From Piromyces finnis finn (Eukaryota > Fungi > Neocallimastigomycota), in contig MCFH01000034.1 of assembly GCA_002104945.1 (NCBI GenBank), positions 496,001-560,000 on the forward strand: DNA of 64,000 nt. The letters run 5' to 3'. Numbering within the stretch: position 1 is the first letter of the stretch; every line of letters starts with the position of its first letter. Below, one piece after another: positions 58,009 through 64,000 of this stretch. The position numbers and the translations under genes were made by a program. The notes under the pieces are model-generated. The model searched no databases. It worked only from the letters and a program-made list of their open reading frames with translations, and was not told where the DNA came from.

Positions 58009-59983
58009 TTAATTTACAATTTTTGATATAAAAATAATACCACTAATTAAGGCTATGGAACCTAATAAAAATAATGGTGATACCATAGCTGATTTTTTAA
58101 AGTCAACCTTTATCATTTTATATTCATTCCTTGGAATTAAATGATCATCATTATTATGATTAATTTTTTCTATTTTTTCATCACTTTTATCTCTGATAGT
58201 ATTTTGTTTAATATCTGGAATATCATTTTCACTTCCTCTACTTAGTTTATATCCTTTTAAGGTTAATTCAATATTATTTACAGCACCAAAGAAATCTGTA
58301 ATTAATACCTAAAAATAGTAATTTTTTTTATATATTATTAATTTTTTATTCTTATTTTTTGTGCTTTTATTTTACTCTTATTAATTTTGTTATGGTTTAG
58401 TTTATTTTATATACCTTATTTAAATTTCTCTCGAATAAATCATGTCTTACACCAGGGGTAGAGTGAATTAATGACACATCATAAGTATTAAACTATAGTT
58501 TATTAATATATATATATATATTAATATTACCATCAATAAAATAGGAATGAAATATGAGTATAAATTATTGTAAGAAATATTTTTAATAATTTTTTTATTT
58601 ACCAAATATTGTAAAGTTTTTTGACTTTGTAGAGTAACATATTCTAATGTTTCTAAATTATAATAGGTATATCTATCAATAACAGCAACACCCAATTCAG
58701 GATCTAAATGGTGCTATTACATAATAAAAATTTTAATAAAATAAAAAGTAAATATATACATTTTTAAATACTTATTATTATTTAAAAAGAATTATTATAT
58801 AAATATGAATATAATTTAAAAATTTACAGAATAGGAATTTTGACCAGTCTGACTACTACCAGTAGCAAGAATATTTGGAGAATAAACTCTTGAAAACATA
58901 CTACTAGCTTGGCATGTATCAATCATGAATAATAATTCATTGTATCTTTTAATTCAGAGTAATTGTTATTATAATATTATAATATTGATAATAAATAATA
59001 AAAAATGAGATTTTTTTAAATATAACTATTTAATTATTTTAAATATACATAATTAAATATGCAAAATATGATATATACCTTCTTTTTTCCCACATTTGTT
59101 CAAAAGCATCGGCTATATCATAACTACTAATTTCTTCTGTATCTTGGAATTTTAAAAATTCTTCACCACCATGACCAGTCATATATACTAAAACATTACT
59201 ACGATCGTCTGAAAGAAGTCTCTTTGAACGTGGAGTGTCTGGTAAATGACGACCTAATTTTATTATATAATGATGATAATGATGATAATATTAATTTTAT
59301 TAATATAATTTTAATAATAACAATGGTACTGCTGATAGACATAAATAAATATTTATTATTATAAAAGAAAAAATAATATATATTTACCAGTTAAAAGACG
59401 AATAAAGTTTTCAACAGTAACTTCATAACCACGATAATCAACTTCAATATTATCACCATATAAATCTAATTTTCTTTCTGCATTATTATATACAGTAGCT
59501 TGGAATCTATTTCTTGGATTACAAGCAACATCATCAGCAAGCATTAAAATAATATTGGAATCTGGAATACCTAATCTCTTAACAGTTCTATAAATTGATA
59601 AGACATTAGCAATATGTCTATAATTGAACCAATATCTTGATGTATCAACCTTTTAATAAGTCCAAAGTTTAATAATAAATGCATATATGTTTTTATTATA
59701 ATAATAGCATAATTAATAATAATATTATATATATAATAAATAAATATATATATATAGCTTTGAGTAATAATATAATTTCTATGGAAAATAGGTATAATAA
59801 TGTCAAATATATATTTACCAATACTGCCCAATTATTGGTATGTCTACTTTTACTGAAAAAACCATCAATTATTTCTTCTCTTTCATTTGGAAAATGAAAT
59901 TCCGATGAATATTCTGAACGACAAACATTTATGAAAAAGAATATTATACTAATAATGTAAATATGGGTTTGAAATATTCTCAT
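58009..59983 (-). CDS. GPI8: GPI-anchor transamidase catalytic subunit (peptidase C13), multi-exon
   Basis: Signal peptide, then [41 protein letters not shown] (catalytic His) and MIDTCQA (catalytic Cys), with a C-terminal TM segment. Stop located by hand at 58009-58011. Confidence 0.95.
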
Positions 59984-59994
59984 TTTGAATTGTA

Positions 59995-60028
<34 letters not shown>

Positions 60029-60936
60029 TCGGTATTATTGTATATATAATTAATGATTTATTAATGGATTTAAAATTTAATTTCAAAAAATATACGGATA
60101 TATGGATTTTGTTGTTTAATATATGATGCTTTGCTTTAATATTATTTAAAATATTACTATTAAATAAAATAATCCCAAATAATATTGATTTTCTAATTAT
60201 TTTTAATTTCTAAATTTTATAAATACTCTTTCAATTAATTTAATTGTATATTTTTGATTTGAAAATTGTGACTATACATATATTGTTTTTTTTTTTTTTT
60301 TTTTTTATTTATTTATTTTATTTATTTTTGTAATAACAATAAAATTAAATTATAATCCCTATTGTTTTATTAGAAAAAAACTGTATTAAAAAATATAAAG
60401 ATGAATGTAATCTTCTCTTTCTATGATATTTGTATTTATTATACAGTTTTAGTTTTTCAATTGCTTCTTTATATATAAAATATATAATTCTTGATATAAA
60501 TATAATTCGTTAATTATTTATGAAAAATATTAAAAATTAGTCATCCATTTCTATATTTTCTTTTCTTTGATATACAATATATAATTTTTAATGGATATAA
60601 TATTATAATAATAAATATTACTTTAAATGGAAAATACAAATATATATGATGCTTATTAAGGAATTATGAAATTCCTTATTTTATTAGTTTATTTTTAATG
60701 CTATGTATTTATTTTATTTTTCTAAACCTTTGACGTTTTTATTTTTATTTTTGTTTTTTTTTAAAAAAAAAAAAAAAGATATTTATTTTACTTAATTTAT
60801 AAATTTATTTACATATATATTTATATATACATTTATTTATTTATTTTATTTCATTATTAACAAATGTACTTTAAATTTTAATTTATTATTAATAAACATA
60901 TATTAATTTGTGTATAAAATATATTTGTAAATATTT

Positions 60937-60967
<31 letters not shown>

Positions 60968-61243
60968 TACCCAATACCCTCCCTTTATAATCAAAATCTT
61001 TCAACTAAAAAAAATAGATTTTTTTTAAAATTCATTATAATTATGAAAAAGCAATAACTTTAGTAATACACGGTTATAATAATAATATATAAATATTTAA
61101 ATATTTAAATTAATATTATATACAAAAACTTTTTTTTTCTAAATTATAACAGATGATATCAGATAAAAAGTAATATGATTATTCAACAAGATAATTGAGA
61201 TTTCATTAATTCTTCAATAGTATTAATTATAATGCATAGTACA

Positions 61244-61972
61244 TTATTTTGAGTAGATAAAACAATCTTCTTCCTTGTCATAGTTTAATAATGATGGATT
61301 AATATTTAAACCATTTAAAATTTGTTCAAGCGTCACTTCCTTAAGTTCAGTTCCATTATCAAATATATTAGGTACCATAACTTCACCAATCTTTTCTTTT
61401 AATACTTCTGTTATTGTTTGACTTGTTTTTCTCCATTTAGTAATTAAAGATTTTAATTTCTCAATCTCATTCTTTGATGTTGAAGAAAATGATAAACATA
61501 TTAATAAAAAATAATAATGTAAAAGGCTTAATATACTTTTTTTTTTTTTTTTTTTTACATAAATAGAATGTAAATGTTATATATATAATATGTTACTTTG
61601 CTAATATTTATATTTTAAGTGATAATATACCGTTTCTCTGTGTTTTAAAACTAAATTTATTCTTCTAATATTCTCTTCCTTTTGTTTAAGTTCATTTAAC
61701 AATAAATCCCTTTCCTTAATTTTATTTAGTAATTCCTTATCTTTTTTAAATTTTAATAATTGAACTGTACTACCCCGGTTTAAATTTCGTTTTTTTAAAG
61801 ATGACGCTGATAGAGAAGATTTTGAATTAACTATTCCTTGTCTATTATTGTTTCTAATATCTCCATTGATTAAAGGTGAACGAAATGATTTTGATATTCC
61901 ACTACCAGTTTTATTTACTTTAAGTAATGGTGATTTAAACGCTGGATTTTTAGGTATTGAACTTGATTTCAT
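61244..61972 (-). CDS. SFR1: Sfr1/Mei5-like recombination mediator; 2 exons
   Basis: N-terminal FKSPL/FRSPL repeats, a coiled coil, and exon 2 LKSLITKWRKTSQ...TLEQILNGLNINPSLLNYDKEEDCF, which resembles the Sfr1/Mei5 C-terminal domain. Confidence 0.75.
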
Positions 61973-63256
61973 AAGCTTAACCTTATTTATTCGAGTATTG
62001 TTGTTGTTGTTACTTTTCTTAATAATATCAAGAAATTGATATTAATTGAAGAATATTATTAATTATAATTTATTTTAATTAAAAAAAAAAAGAAAGAAAA
62101 AAAGAAAGAAATATCACATTTCTATTGGCAATACTTACACTATCCGTATCTAGTATATAGTAATATGAAATTTAATAATTTATTAGTATATCTTTTCTTC
62201 CATTTTAGTTTTATTTTTTTTTTTATTTGAATGTTTCAAATAAAGAAAATATCAATTGATGTTTATCAATTATTAATATTTTTAAAATAAAAACTATATT
62301 TACTTATTTTTCTTTTTTTCCAATAAAACGTTATATATTTATCATTTTCTTTAAATGTATGGCTTTCAATAATATTATTTTTAAGTAAATTATCTAAAGA
62401 ATTCTTTTAAAATATTAGTTTATGTTAGTATTATGTATAAATAAAAATTTTTTTAAACTATATAGATAGATAATTTATTACTTTAAAATTTATACAATCT
62501 TTATCATTTTTATCTTTTAAAACTAAATGTTTAATTTCACTTTCCAATATAGGTTTATTTTCTTTAAATGTTGATAATATTAAATCATCCATATTTTTTT
62601 AAAATATTTATATATAATTATTATTATTATTGTTGTTGTTGTTGTTGTTGTTGTTATATTTAAAATAAAAAAACAAAAATTGGAAATATATTAGTAATTT
62701 ATTAACTTTTATAACATTAATGCATTAATAATTTAAAAAAAAAAAAAAAAAAAAAAATAGTATAAAATGTAAAAATATTACTTCGTATCTACCATTTATA
62801 AGTATTTTATTATTACCAATTAAAAAATCTGAATATATTAAAAAAGATTAATTTTTATGTCATTATTAATTAAAAATTTTTCATTTTAACCACAACATAG
62901 AAAATAAAAAAAAGACAGTTTTTCATCAACCTTTATAAACACAAATATTACCATAATCCTTATTTTATATTTTAATTATTTTTTATTAAATATTTGTTAG
63001 ATTTAACAAATAATTTTTAATTCTTTTGGTTGTATTTTTTTTTTTTTTTTTTTTAATCTATTTGCATGTTCTTTTTATCATTATTCTTTAATTTTTTTTT
63101 TAATATCAATTTTTAATCATATTCTCTTATTCCTATTTATTAATTGATAAATTTAAATTTGTTCAACGTATATTACTGTTGTAATTTTTTTTATCTACAA
63201 AGAATATGATAATGAAAAAATATTTTTGATTAATAAACAACTTGTAAATAAACACC

Positions 63257-64000
63257 TCATGGCATGCAACGGCCAATGAATCTTGGGTAAGTGATAGTTT
63301 CTCTGACGGTGTATCTGTTTAATAACCAGGCAATGAAACGTTCTAAACCAAGACCGAAACCACCATGTTCACAGGTACCGTACTTACGTTGGTCAGTGAA
63401 CCAGTAGTATGGCTTTGGATCTAAACCTTCACGCTTGTAAGCAGCTAATAATTCAACTAAATCTGAAATTCTCATACTTCCACCAACAATTTCACCAACA
63501 CCTGGCATTAAAACATCAACACTTTCAGTTAAACGTTGGTCTTCTGGACACTTCTTCATGTAGAAAGCCTTAATTTCAACTGGGAATTTGTTTAATAAGA
63601 TTGGTTCGTTAATAGTATCAGTCATCTTACGTTCTGGACTTTCTGGAATATCTTCACCAAATTCATAGAAGGTACCATCTTCCTTCTTAACATCGTGGTC
63701 CTTAAGCCATTGAATAGCTTCGGCGTATTCCATACGCTTGAATGGACGCTTTGGTGGCTTGAAGTCTGGGTTTAATTCGTAAACGTATTCACCAACTGGT
63801 GACTTTAAAACGTAATCGACAACATCACAAATCATTTCTTCAAGAATGTTAAGTAAATCATCGAAACTAATGAATGGTTGTTCAGCTTCAATGTGAGTGT
63901 ATTCAGATAAGTGACGACGAGTGTGAGACTTTTCGGCACGGAAAGAATCAGCAATACAGTAAACATCACCAAGAGATGGGAGCATAGTTTCAAGGTAAAG
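63257..64000 (-). CDS. DED81: Cytosolic asparaginyl-tRNA synthetase, C-terminal part (5' end outside window)
   Basis: Class II motif 2 [21 protein letters not shown] and motif 3 [10 protein letters not shown]; strong C-ending codon bias typical of a highly expressed gene. Confidence 0.95.
   Translation of the reverse strand, partial: LYLETMLPSLGDVYCIADSFRAEKSHTRRHLSEYTHIEAEQPFISFDDLLNILEEMICDVVDYVLKSPVGEYVYELNPDFKPPKRPFKRMEYAEAIQWLKDHDVKKEDGTFYEFGEDIPESPERKMTDTINEPILLNKFPVEIKAFYMKKCPEDQRLTESVDVLMPGVGEIVGGSMRISDLVELLAAYKREGLDPKPYYWFTDQRKYGTCEHGGFGLGLERFIAWLLNRYTVRETITYPRFIGRCMP

Overview
Extremely AT-rich, intron-rich fungal DNA. The mix of fungal-type genes (Afi1/MesA, AVT transporter, Yck-type CK1, Gpi8) and flagellar genes (TMEM218-like, SAXO) points to a zoosporic fungus, most likely an anaerobic gut fungus (Neocallimastigomycota). 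That taxonomic call is inference. I assembled 13 protein-coding genes by hand from GT-AG splice sites and frame continuity, several of them only partly or barely visible in the ORF track: an EEP/neutral-sphingomyelinase-like enzyme, an AVT amino-acid transporter, Afi1/MesA, an RRM protein, a TMEM218-like protein, CK1, an ankyrin protein, an Ibp1/Ych1 phosphatase, a 2250-aa single-ORF Cid1-family nucleotidyltransferase, SAXO, Gpi8, Sfr1/Mei5 and a 5'-truncated AsnRS. The standout non-genic feature is a ~557-bp non-coding retroposon on the minus strand at 38099-38655, with a ~42% GC body. It has a 13-bp target-site duplication, a 22-nt poly(A) tail and a head that aligns register-for-register with tRNA-Ala(AGC), so it looks like a tRNA-derived SINE. 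It also contains a perfect 11-nt U1-complementary 5' splice site that opens a 53-nt intron-like segment. The rest is microsatellites, intronic minisatellites and long AT deserts. All alignments and folds were done by eye; no searches were run.
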